In this document: piece after piece, positions 7,761 through 17,022 of the stretch
How positions within the stretch are numbered: the first letter of the stretch is position 1
Layout of the letters: each line of letters opens with the position of its first letter
NCBI GenBank assembly: GCA_003221035.1
Contig: QHUB01000025.1
Coordinates: 8,614 to 72,613 of the forward strand
Direction: 5' to 3'
DNA: 64,000 nt
From: Gemmatimonadota bacterium
Lineage (GTDB): Bacteria; Gemmatimonadota; Gemmatimonadetes; Gemmatimonadales; GWC2-71-9
Program-made: the position numbers and the translations under genes
Notes under the pieces: model-generated
Told to the model about the DNA's origin: nothing
Databases searched by the model: none
The model's input: the letters and a program-made list of their open reading frames with translations, nothing else

Positions 7761-10391
7761 ATGCTCGAGAGTCTCGCCGCCGCACTCGCGGACCGGTACA
7801 CGATCGAGCGCGAGATCGGTGCCGGCGGAATGGGGACGGTCTACCTCGCGCGCGAGCTCAAGCACGACCGCCAGGTCGCGCTCAAGGTGCTGCGGCCCGA
7901 GATCGCCTCACACCTCGGCGTCGTGCGCTTCCTCAATGAGGTGAAGGTCACCGCCAAGCTCGATCACCCGCACATCCTCACGCTGATCGACTCCGGCGAA
8001 GCAGACGAATACCTCTGGTACGTGCAGCCCTACGTGCGCGGCGAATCGTTGCGCGCCAAGCTCGACCGGGAACGGCAGCTCAGCGTCGAAGAAGCGATCG
8101 CGATTGCGCGGCAGATCGCGAGCGCGCTCAATCACGCCCACCAGAAGGGCGTGATCCATCGCGACATCAAGCCCGCCAACATCCTGATCCATGAAGGCGA
8201 GGCGATGGTTGCCGATTTCGGCATCGCACTCGCCGTCACGGAAGCGTCCGACTCGCGGATGACGGCCACCGGGATCGCGATCGGGACGCCGCAATACATG
8301 AGCCCGGAGCAGGCAACCGGGGAGCGTCATCTCGACGGCCGCAGCGACCAGTACTCGCTCGCCGCCGTGCTCTACGAAATGCTGTCGGGCGTCACCCCGC
8401 ACACGGCGCTGACGACGCAAGCGCTGATCGCCAAGCTCCTCACCGAGCGCCCCACGCGCGTGCGGCTGGTGCGCAACACCGTCCCGCCGAACATCGACGC
8501 CGCGGTCGCGAAGGCGCTCGAAATGACACCCGCCGACCGGTTCGCCAGCTGCGCGGAGTTCGGGTCGGCATTGCAGTACACGCCGTCGGGCGGGTTTCCG
8601 GCCGCGGAGGCGCCGCGAAAAAGCCGCGCCCTGCTGTTCGCGACGGTCGCCGGCGTGGTCGTCCTCGCGGGTGCCGGCGCGGCGCTGATGATGCGCTCTT
8701 CTGGACCAGCCGTGAGCGTCGGGCGGTCCGAGCAGATCACCGCCGATCCCGGGCTGGAAATCCAGCCGACGATCTCTCCCGACGGCAAGTTGCTCGCGTA
8801 CGCGGCAGGCAGCGCGACAAAAATGCGGATCTTTGTCCGGCCCGCGGGCAGCCAGGGCGGTCGCACAATTCCGCTCTCGGACGATTCGAACGCCATCGAA
8901 ACGCAGCCGCGCTGGTCCCCCGACGGCACGAAGATCCTCTATCTGACGCGCGGCGGCGCCTGGATCGCGCCCGCTCTCGGCGGCTCATCGCAGCCGCTGA
9001 TCGCTCCGAGCTCCACCAGCATCGTCACAGCGGCACTCTGGTCGCCGGACGGAGCCGAGCTCGCGTTCGTGCGTGGAGATTCGCTCCTCGGTCTGCCGGT
9101 AGGTGGTGGCCCGGTCCGGAAGATCGCGATCGGAACGGACCTGCACTCGTGTACCTGGGCGCCGACCGGACGCTGGATCGCCTGCGTGTCCCAAAACAGC
9201 ATCTCGGTGTTGCCGGGGCCGTTGTACGGCAACCTCGCTCCCAGCGGGATACTGCTGTTTCCCGCGTCCGGCGGAGCGGCGATTCACATCGCCGAGCCGA
9301 CGGCCTACAACCAGAGTCCCGTGTTTTCCCACGACGGCAAGCAGCTCTTCTACCTCTCCAATCGCGACGGCCCGCGCGACGTCTACCTGGTGAGTCTTTC
9401 GTCGTCGGGCCAGCCGCGCGGGGCGCCTGTGCGTCTGACGACCGGGCTCAACGGGAAGACGATCTCGATCTCGAGCGATGAGAAACGTCTGGCGTACACG
9501 GTATACATCGCGCGCGCCAACGTCTGGTCGGTCCCGATCCCGGCAAATCCTCCGCCCGGTGGCGTCACCCTGACCGCCGCGAATGCCACGGCCGTGACGC
9601 GCGGGAGCCAGGTGATTCAAGGAATGCGGACGAGCCCCGACAGGCGCTGGATCGTCTACGATTCCGACCTGCGCGGTCACTCCGACCTGTACCGTGTCCC
9701 GACCGACGGGGGGGCGCCGGAGGCCGTGGTTTCGGATTCGATAGACAAGTTCGCTCCCGATCTGTCGCCCGACGGCACCACGATCGTGTTTCACTCCTTC
9801 CGCTCCGGCACGCGCGACATCGAGACGAAAACGCTGAACGGCGGACCAGTCGAGCAGGTCACGCACACGCCGGCCCAGGAGAGCTACGCGAAGTGGTCGC
9901 CGGACGGCCAGGCGATCCTGTTCTCGGATCAGAGCGGTCCCCGCAACGCGCTCCTCGTACGGCGCGGCAGCGACGGGAAGTGGTCGGCGCCCGAGGTGCT
10001 GGCGGCAGGGGCGTATCGACCCCAGTGGTCACCCGACGGAAGGACGATTTCCTACATCTCGGCGCCGCACGACGGCGATCCCGGGGTTGTCATGCTGCTG
10101 ACGCTCGGTCATGGGCCCGCACGCCCACTGTTCACCGGGCCCCCACTCGTTGGCCACGCCGTCTGGGGACCGGACGGCCGCACACTCTTCCTCAAGGTTC
10201 ACGACGAGCACGGCGCGACGTCATTGTGGAGTGTGAGTGCGCAGGGCGGCACGCCGCACGAGTTGGTCCGCTTTGTGGATCAGGAATGGCAGTCGGTGCG
10301 CAATGACTTCGCCACCGACGGCAAGCGGCTATTCTTTGACGTTGAGGACCGGCAGAGCGACATCTTTGTCGCGCAGTTGATCTCCCGCTAA
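7761..10391 (+). CDS. Ser/Thr protein kinase with TM segment and C-terminal TolB-like beta-propeller repeats
   Basis: It has the canonical Hanks motifs GAGGMGTVYLA, VALKVL, HRDIKPANIL, DFG and SPEQ, followed by a TM helix. Repeated PxWSPDG (TolB/WD40-like) blades follow. Confidence 0.9.
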   Translation: MLESLAAALADRYTIEREIGAGGMGTVYLARELKHDRQVALKVLRPEIASHLGVVRFLNEVKVTAKLDHPHILTLIDSGEADEYLWYVQPYVRGESLRAKLDRERQLSVEEAIAIARQIASALNHAHQKGVIHRDIKPANILIHEGEAMVADFGIALAVTEASDSRMTATGIAIGTPQYMSPEQATGERHLDGRSDQYSLAAVLYEMLSGVTPHTALTTQALIAKLLTERPTRVRLVRNTVPPNIDAAVAKALEMTPADRFASCAEFGSALQYTPSGGFPAAEAPRKSRALLFATVAGVVVLAGAGAALMMRSSGPAVSVGRSEQITADPGLEIQPTISPDGKLLAYAAGSATKMRIFVRPAGSQGGRTIPLSDDSNAIETQPRWSPDGTKILYLTRGGAWIAPALGGSSQPLIAPSSTSIVTAALWSPDGAELAFVRGDSLLGLPVGGGPVRKIAIGTDLHSCTWAPTGRWIACVSQNSISVLPGPLYGNLAPSGILLFPASGGAAIHIAEPTAYNQSPVFSHDGKQLFYLSNRDGPRDVYLVSLSSSGQPRGAPVRLTTGLNGKTISISSDEKRLAYTVYIARANVWSVPIPANPPPGGVTLTAANATAVTRGSQVIQGMRTSPDRRWIVYDSDLRGHSDLYRVPTDGGAPEAVVSDSIDKFAPDLSPDGTTIVFHSFRSGTRDIETKTLNGGPVEQVTHTPAQESYAKWSPDGQAILFSDQSGPRNALLVRRGSDGKWSAPEVLAAGAYRPQWSPDGRTISYISAPHDGDPGVVMLLTLGHGPARPLFTGPPLVGHAVWGPDGRTLFLKVHDEHGATSLWSVSAQGGTPHELVRFVDQEWQSVRNDFATDGKRLFFDVEDRQSDIFVAQLISR

Positions 10392-13187
10392 GAGTCCCAT
10401 CTCCTCGAGGAACGCGCTGCCGCCGGTCTCGCGCCCGAACCGGCGCGTGACGCGCGTGAGCGTGAGCCGTTGCCGCGCGCGCGTCATCCCGACGTAGAGG
10501 AGGCGGCGCGCCTCTTCGATCTCGTCCTGAATGTTGTTGGTCGCGGCCTGGTAGCCGGGGATCTCGTAGTCCTCGACGCCCACGATGTACACGCGCTCGA
10601 ACTCGAGCCCTTTGGTGGAATGCAGCGTGAGCAGGTTGACGCGGGTCGCGCTTGCCGCCTCGTCCTCGGACGAGGACAGGGCGACGCGGTCGAGGAGCTG
10701 CGCGATCGCCGCATGCAGATCGGCCGGGCAATCTTCGATCAAGGCGCGCAACCGGGCGACGGCCGACGCGTAGCGCTGCGTGGGATCGCGCTGCGCGCGC
10801 AGGCGCGCCATCAGTTTCGGGCCGCCGAGGCGCTCGATGAGTGTCTCGAGCGTCGGTGAGTCGGCCGCGCGAGTCGCGGCGTAGAATTCGAGCGCGTCGC
10901 TGTAAGGACCGAGCGTGCGATACCGCCCGATGTCGAAAAGGAGCTGCCGCTCCGGCTCCCGGCTCCCGGCTCCCGGCTCGAGCGCCAGGGCCATCGCGAG
11001 GTAATCGAGCAGATTCGCCAGTACCGCCTTGCGCGCGCGCACGGTGCGTTGCTTCTCGAGCTCGCGATAGACATGGGTGAGGGTGAGCGCATCGTCCAAC
11101 GCGTGGTGCGCCCGCCCGCAATCGATCCCGAAGCGATGCGCGAGGTCCTCCTGTGACGCGCGATCCCGCGACAGCGACCGCGCGAGAGGATAGGTGTCGT
11201 AGAAGACGAGCGCGTCGACCGCGCTAAAACCCGCCGCCAGGCGCTTCAACACCGGGATGTCGAAGTTCTGCCCATTGTGGGCGATGAGGATGTCGGTGCC
11301 TACGAACGACATGAACTGCGCGCAGACTTCGCCAAACGGCGCGGCATCGGCAACGTCTGCATCCGTGTAGCCGTGGACCGCCGTCGCTTGCGGCGAGATC
11401 GGCAGGTACGGATTGACCAGTGCATGAAAGCGCTCGACGATCTCGCCGTTCACGACGCGCACCGCGCCGATCTCTACAACTCCGCAGGTGTCGACGTCCT
11501 TGTCCGTGGTTTCGAAGTCGAACGTGACGAAACGGGCGAGCGGGGTCATGTCGCGCGAGCGGAGCAGCTGCAGAGCCTTGAATACGGTGAGAGCGTCGGC
11601 ACTGACGTGCGTCGTGCGTGGTGCGTCGTGCGTGGCTTCGATTGCCACCCTTAGCAGGCCGGCCGCCGCCATCATACCGCGCAACGCGATCTCCACGCCG
11701 CCCCTCGGCTCGATCGTGATCGCCTGGTCTTTGGCCAGTTCCTCGGCCAGGCGAACGGCATCCTGGCAGGACGCGGGATCGCTCAATTCATCGTGCCGCT
11801 CTTCGAGCTTGTTGCGATAGGGCCCGGCCGTCTGAGAAAGAATCTCGTCGATGACGGCCTGGAGCCGGTCGTGCGTGCGCGGCAGGGCGCGGAGATTCTC
11901 CACCTGATAGATCAGCCGCCACAATTTCTGCGTGTCGGGATCGCCCTTCACGCGTCGCGCGGCAAGCTTGCGGATGGATTGCAAGACCGGCTCGCGCTCG
12001 TCGAACGCTGCCTGGACCTCCTGCAGAAAGTGCTCCGACAGCACGATCCGTGCGAACGCGTGCAGCGCCGCCGGATCGTCGGGACTCTGGACGATGCGGA
12101 GCGCAGCGACGACGTAGCCGATGACCTTGTCTTCGATGAGCGACTGGCCGCGAGCCAGCCGGCACGGGATGTTAGCGCGGAGCAGCTGGCCTTCGAGATA
12201 TCGTCCGACGCTGTGTTTGCGGTAGAGAATGGCGGCGTCCGCCTCGTTGCCGAGATCGGCAATGAGCCATTTCGCCTCGTCGTACTCATCGCGGAACGCC
12301 TGCACCTTTACGTCATACGGAGACTCGATATCCGAGGTGAGCTGCTTGTCGAAGAGCCTCGGATTGTGTGCCAGGACGCGCCGCGCCGTCTCGAAGATCT
12401 GACGCGCGCAACGGCAGTTCTTGTCGAGGATGATGGGCGCGACGTCGTACTCGCGGCGGAAGCGCTCCAGCACCATCGGATCGGCGCCGGTCCAAGCGAA
12501 GATCGACTGTTCGTCGTCGCCAACCGCGTAAAAGTTGTCGTGCGGAGCGGCCAGCCGTTTGAGGAAATCGTATTGCACGGCGTTCACATCCTGGAATTCG
12601 TCGACCAGGAGATACTCCCACCGCGCCGGCACGTCCTCGGCGACGGGCTGCCGCAGCAGCGCCTCCGCCTTCACGATCAGATCATCGAAATCCACCATGT
12701 TGCGGTGCTCGAGCCACGTGACGTACTCCCGGTACAGCCGCGCCTCGTCCGGCGCGAGCGCGTACTGCTGGAAGCGATGGCGACCGAACCGGCTCAGCAT
12801 GCCACTGCGCCGCTCTTGTGGAACGCGCAGGCGCTGCAGGATCACGTCCTGGTACTGCTCGTCGGCGATGCCGAAGCCGCGCTCGAGTCCCACCGCCTCG
12901 GGAAACTCGCGCAACAAGCCGAGACAGAAGGCGTGAATCGTTCCGCGCGTGATCACGTCGGCGCCATCACCCAGCGCCGCTTTCAGACGATCGGCAATTT
13001 CTTCCGCCGCGCGATTCGTGAACGTGACCGCGCAGATCCGTTTCGGGTCGATACCCGCAGAAACGAGATGCCGGATTCTCGAGATGAGACAAAACGTCTT
13101 GCCTGCGCCGGGACCTGCGACGACCAGCACCGGGCCCAGAGGCGCTTCGATGGCGCGACGCTGTTGAGGAAGGGGGATGAGCTCCAC
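10329..13187 (-). CDS. UvrD/PcrA-like SF1 helicase with inserted DnaQ-type DEDDh 3'-5' exonuclease domain
   Basis: Helicase motifs present: GPGAGKT, LLVDEFQD, LHSTKGLEFERVY, YVGMTRAR. Exonuclease motifs FDFETTD, HNGQNFDIP and HHALDDAL lie between the helicase halves. Confidence 0.9.
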   Translation of the reverse strand: MELIPLPQQRRAIEAPLGPVLVVAGPGAGKTFCLISRIRHLVSAGIDPKRICAVTFTNRAAEEIADRLKAALGDGADVITRGTIHAFCLGLLREFPEAVGLERGFGIADEQYQDVILQRLRVPQERRSGMLSRFGRHRFQQYALAPDEARLYREYVTWLEHRNMVDFDDLIVKAEALLRQPVAEDVPARWEYLLVDEFQDVNAVQYDFLKRLAAPHDNFYAVGDDEQSIFAWTGADPMVLERFRREYDVAPIILDKNCRCARQIFETARRVLAHNPRLFDKQLTSDIESPYDVKVQAFRDEYDEAKWLIADLGNEADAAILYRKHSVGRYLEGQLLRANIPCRLARGQSLIEDKVIGYVVAALRIVQSPDDPAALHAFARIVLSEHFLQEVQAAFDEREPVLQSIRKLAARRVKGDPDTQKLWRLIYQVENLRALPRTHDRLQAVIDEILSQTAGPYRNKLEERHDELSDPASCQDAVRLAEELAKDQAITIEPRGGVEIALRGMMAAAGLLRVAIEATHDAPRTTHVSADALTVFKALQLLRSRDMTPLARFVTFDFETTDKDVDTCGVVEIGAVRVVNGEIVERFHALVNPYLPISPQATAVHGYTDADVADAAPFGEVCAQFMSFVGTDILIAHNGQNFDIPVLKRLAAGFSAVDALVFYDTYPLARSLSRDRASQEDLAHRFGIDCGRAHHALDDALTLTHVYRELEKQRTVRARKAVLANLLDYLAMALALEPGAGSREPERQLLFDIGRYRTLGPYSDALEFYAATRAADSPTLETLIERLGGPKLMARLRAQRDPTQRYASAVARLRALIEDCPADLHAAIAQLLDRVALSSSEDEAASATRVNLLTLHSTKGLEFERVYIVGVEDYEIPGYQAATNNIQDEIEEARRLLYVGMTRARQRLTLTRVTRRFGRETGGSAFLEEMGLLAGDQLRDKDVALPVLNVKE

Positions 13188-13206
13188 GCTGACCCTATGA
13201 TAACAG

Positions 13207-14520
13207 CTAACGAATAAATAGCAGCGTCACGAGCACATAGATCGGCAGCAGCATGGAGACGCTGTACAGCATATAGCCGAAGAACGACGGCATCTTCACG
13301 CCGTTTTCTTCGGCGATTGCTTTGACCATGAAGTTGGGCGCGTTTCCGATATACGTGTTCGCGCCCATGAACACCGAGCCGGTCGCGATCGCCGCGAGGA
13401 GTTTGGCCCCGGACGGATTGACCGCGAGCGCGCCGATAAAGTTGCCGTGCGGTGCGACGCCGTAGAGCCCCGCGGCGCTCGCCGCGAACGCGAGATACGT
13501 CGGCGCGTTGTCCAGGACGCTCGACAACGCTCCCGATGCCCAGAAGAAATGCGCGGGAGTCTTGAGCGCGAAATCGGGCCGCGCGGCCCAGGCGTTGAGA
13601 ATCTCGAGGAGCGGCGTCATCGTCGCGAAGATCGCGGCGAACAGAATGGCGACCTCGATGATCGGCGTGAACGTGAAGAGGTTCCTGGCGCGGCGCTCGC
13701 CCGATCCGGCGAAGAACCCCACCACTGCAAGCCCGGCAATCAGCAGGTCTCGCGCGGTCCGGTTCCAGGGATGCCCCGCCGCCGCCGCCCGGCCCGCGGC
13801 GACGATCGTGACGATGACGGCCAGCAGCACGAGCATCTCGAGCGCGCCGGTGATGCGCAGCGGCTCGTGGATCTTTACCTCTTCGTGCTGCGAGCCGGGA
13901 AGCTCTGTCTCGTCCTGATTGAGCGCCCGGACGTCCCAGGCGTAGAACATCAGCAGCAGCAGCGCGTTGATCGTGAGCCACTGCGGCCACAGTCTGAACG
14001 TCCAGTCGAACGGCACGCCCTTCAGGTATCCCAGCAGCAATGGCGGATCACCGATGGGGGTGAGCAGGCCGCCGCAGTTCGCGACGATAAAGATGAAGAC
14101 GATGACGATGTGCGCGACGCGGGTGCGGCGCTTATTGGCCCGGAGCAGTGGGCGAATCAGCAGCACCGACGCGCCGGTGGTGCCGAGCAGATTCGCGAGG
14201 ATTGCGCCGAGGCCCAGGATTCCGGTGTTGGCCAGCGGCGTGCCGGTCAGCGAGCCCTGGATGTGGATGCCGCCCGTGATGACGAACAGAGCGCCAATCA
14301 CGACGATGAAGCCGGCGTACTCGTGAAGTTTCTCGTGCAAGAGGTCCGGAGCGTACAGGCCGAGGTACACGAGCACCGGCGCTGCGAGCAGGAGCGACAC
14401 CAGCGCCTTGTTGCGATTGTGATGCCACCATGCCGGCGCCGCGAGCGGCAGGAGCGCGATCGCGAGCAGCAGCGCCACGAAGGGCAGGGCGGTGACGAGC
14501 GGAAATTCGGGTGTACGCAT
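13207..14520 (-). CDS. ArsB/NhaD-superfamily ion transporter (sodium:proton antiporter-like)
   Basis: The 437-aa product is polytopic with about 11-12 TM helices. Its repeat-symmetric permease pattern resembles the citrate-transporter/NhaD family. Confidence 0.8.
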   Translation of the reverse strand: MRTPEFPLVTALPFVALLLAIALLPLAAPAWWHHNRNKALVSLLLAAPVLVYLGLYAPDLLHEKLHEYAGFIVVIGALFVITGGIHIQGSLTGTPLANTGILGLGAILANLLGTTGASVLLIRPLLRANKRRTRVAHIVIVFIFIVANCGGLLTPIGDPPLLLGYLKGVPFDWTFRLWPQWLTINALLLLMFYAWDVRALNQDETELPGSQHEEVKIHEPLRITGALEMLVLLAVIVTIVAAGRAAAAGHPWNRTARDLLIAGLAVVGFFAGSGERRARNLFTFTPIIEVAILFAAIFATMTPLLEILNAWAARPDFALKTPAHFFWASGALSSVLDNAPTYLAFAASAAGLYGVAPHGNFIGALAVNPSGAKLLAAIATGSVFMGANTYIGNAPNFMVKAIAEENGVKMPSFFGYMLYSVSMLLPIYVLVTLLFIR

Positions 14521-14534
14521 AGGTTCCGGGAACC

Positions 14535-16526
14535 ATGCTGCTGCTACTGTTCGCGCTCGCGCAAGGGCCCGGGATCGAGCTGAAGCCCGGGATGGTGATC
14601 ACGCAATCGGTCGTAATCGAGCCGAAAACGTACAAACTGTCCGGGCCTCCGATCCGCATTCGCGGTGACAACATCACGGTCGATTTCCGGGGCGCGGTTC
14701 TCGAGGGAATCGGTCCCGACGTCGAACCCGACCAGGCCACCGATACGGCGATTGTGATCGAGGGCGGCCGGACGATCCGCATCGAGGATGCCCGGATTCG
14801 GGGTTACAAGATCGCCATCCTCGCGCGCGGGACTCGCGGGCTCGAGCTGGTGAACAACGATCTGAGCGACAACTGGAAACCGCGGCTGTTCAGCCTGTTC
14901 GAGCACGAGAGTTTGGTCGACTGGCTGTCGTTCCATCACAACGAGAATCGGGAGTGGCTCCGGTTCGGCGCGGGCATGTATCTGGAGGACGTCAAGCACG
15001 GGCTCGTGCGCGACAACACGATCGAGCACGGCATGAACGGACTGCTGCTCGTACGGAGCGACAGTCTCATGATTCGCGACAACAACTTCTCATTCAATTC
15101 CGGTTTGGGCATTGGCCTGTACCGCTCGAGCGACGACAGCATCATCCACAACCGGCTCGACTACAACGTCCGCGGCTACAGCCAGGGCCGCTACACGCGC
15201 GGGCAGGACTCGGCCGACTTGCTGCTCTACGAGCAGAGCTCGCGCAATGTCGTGCTGTTCAATTCCATGACCCACGGCGGCGACGGGATCTTCCTGTGGG
15301 CCGGTCAGACGACGATGGATTCGGGAAAGGGCGGCGCGAACGACAACCTCTTCTACGGCAACGACGTCAGCTATTCGACCGCGAACGGTGTCGAGATCAC
15401 ATTCAGTCGCAACAAGGTGATCGCCAATAAGGCGTGGGGGGGAGAATACGGCGTGTGGGGCGGGTACAGCTACGAGACCGAGATCAGCGGCAACGATTTC
15501 CAGGGCAATCGCACCGGGATCGCGATCGAGCACGGCCAGGACAACACGATCGTGGGGAACCGCTTCGACCACGACTCGACCGCGATCAGCCTCTGGGCCG
15601 ATTCGCTCGCGCCCTCGGATTGGGGCTATCCCAGGTATCACGACACGGGCAGCCGCGATTATCGCATTGGCCGGAATGTATTCATTGGAAATACCACGAC
15701 CCTGAACGTCCGTAGTACGACCGGACTTGATACGACAATCACACCTCCCGCGCCTTCCGGCGAAGTTTCGCGCCTTATCAAAGACTCAGTCCCATCCACC
15801 GAGCTCTCGCTCGCTCCGCGCTCCTCCATCATCGTGGACGAGTGGGGTCCCTACGACTGGCGTACGCCTAGGCTGTGGTACGTCGGCCGAGACTCGACCG
15901 ACTTCTCGCGGTCTCGGCTGGTGGTACTCGGCCCGCACGGCGATCGCTGGAGGCTGCTGGCGGAGCGCGGCGTCGCGCACCTCTCGCACACCGAAGGCTT
16001 TACCGGGGACACGATCGTGGTCAGCGCCGACAATCGCGCCGACTGGTCCGTCACGCTGGTGTCGCGCGGCACGCGGTTCTGGTACATCCGCTTCGCGCCG
16101 CCGATCGAGTGGAGGGTCAACTTCTTCACCTGGACCGATTCCACCAATTACTTCGAGCGCCTGCTCGGCGATTCGCTGCACGGAGAACCGGTACGGCGAA
16201 TCGACTACGTGTGGTATCGGCCGCCGCCGCGTCTAAGCGCGCTGCCCCTGCGCAACTGGTCGTTGCGCGCGACGGGCACGGTCACGCTGCCGGGAGGCAC
16301 CTACTCACTGCGGACGATCAGCGACGACGCGGTGCGTGCGTGGGTGGACGGCAAGCTGGTGATCGACAACTGGACGCCGCACGAATCTCAGGTCGACTAC
16401 GCTCCCCTGTCATCGGGAAAGCACGACCTCCGCATCGAGTATCGGCAGGTGGACGGATGGGTCGAGCTGCGGGTCGATATCATTCGCGGATCGAGCCGGA
16501 GTACTGGATCCCCAGGGCCTCACTAG
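14535..16526 (+). CDS. Secreted right-handed parallel beta-helix repeat protein with C-terminal PA14 domain
   Basis: It has repeated N..I..N beta-helix (NosD-like) turns. The C-terminal GTYSLRTISDDAVRAWVDGKLVIDNW is PA14-like. Confidence 0.85.
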   Translation: MLLLLFALAQGPGIELKPGMVITQSVVIEPKTYKLSGPPIRIRGDNITVDFRGAVLEGIGPDVEPDQATDTAIVIEGGRTIRIEDARIRGYKIAILARGTRGLELVNNDLSDNWKPRLFSLFEHESLVDWLSFHHNENREWLRFGAGMYLEDVKHGLVRDNTIEHGMNGLLLVRSDSLMIRDNNFSFNSGLGIGLYRSSDDSIIHNRLDYNVRGYSQGRYTRGQDSADLLLYEQSSRNVVLFNSMTHGGDGIFLWAGQTTMDSGKGGANDNLFYGNDVSYSTANGVEITFSRNKVIANKAWGGEYGVWGGYSYETEISGNDFQGNRTGIAIEHGQDNTIVGNRFDHDSTAISLWADSLAPSDWGYPRYHDTGSRDYRIGRNVFIGNTTTLNVRSTTGLDTTITPPAPSGEVSRLIKDSVPSTELSLAPRSSIIVDEWGPYDWRTPRLWYVGRDSTDFSRSRLVVLGPHGDRWRLLAERGVAHLSHTEGFTGDTIVVSADNRADWSVTLVSRGTRFWYIRFAPPIEWRVNFFTWTDSTNYFERLLGDSLHGEPVRRIDYVWYRPPPRLSALPLRNWSLRATGTVTLPGGTYSLRTISDDAVRAWVDGKLVIDNWTPHESQVDYAPLSSGKHDLRIEYRQVDGWVELRVDIIRGSSRSTGSPGPH

Positions 16527-17022
16527 CATCCTTCACCGCCCGATGGCTGAGTGTGAGCGGCTCCGGCGTGCCATAGTCGATCGCACCTTCAAACACCACG
16601 ATCGTGTGCCAGTCGCCCGAGAGGGCGGACCACCAACGCAGGCCCGCGTATCCTGCCCGCGAGAGTACCGCGGCCACGGGTTGCGTCTTCGTGACATCGC
16701 GGCTCGCGAGCACATCGGGTCGCACGTCGTGTTTCAGCAGCACGGCGGGGTCACACAGGTCGGCGAGCTTGAGGTTCTTCGGCTCACATTCGACGAGCGC
16801 CAACGTCTTGCGGGACTCGAGCAGCTCTTTCTTGTCGATCCGCTGGCCCCGGAATCGCTGCAGCTTCTCCGCGACCGCGTGCACCGCCGACTCGGCGAGA
16901 TACACGACCAGCTTGCCGGCAACGTCGAAGCGTCCGGCCCCTTGCTGAGGATTGATGTAACTCGGAGAAAACGGCTCGCCCGGTTTCGCCGCCGGATCCC
17001 ACGGGAACACCCGGAACGGCAT
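16480..17022 (-). CDS. RES-domain toxin (MbcT/ParT-like)
   Basis: The 180-aa product starts at MPFRVFPW. RES-type residues lie in AGRFD...VYLAES. Its ATG overlaps the antitoxin stop (TAATG). Confidence 0.85.
   Translation of the reverse strand: MPFRVFPWDPAAKPGEPFSPSYINPQQGAGRFDVAGKLVVYLAESAVHAVAEKLQRFRGQRIDKKELLESRKTLALVECEPKNLKLADLCDPAVLLKHDVRPDVLASRDVTKTQPVAAVLSRAGYAGLRWWSALSGDWHTIVVFEGAIDYGTPEPLTLSHRAVKDASEALGIQYSGSIRE

Noticed and set aside
11793-13217. 474-aa plus-strand ORF, together with 10192-11121 (minus, alternate frame), overlapping the helicase gene
   Set aside because: No recognisable motifs were found and the sequences are R/E/L-rich antisense-style. The helicase frame carries unambiguous Walker A, DEFQD and exonuclease motifs.
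13447-14583. 378-aa plus-strand ORF antisense to the NhaD-like transporter
   Set aside because: The product is highly charged and R/E/D-rich with no domain. The opposite strand encodes a coherent 11-12 TM permease.
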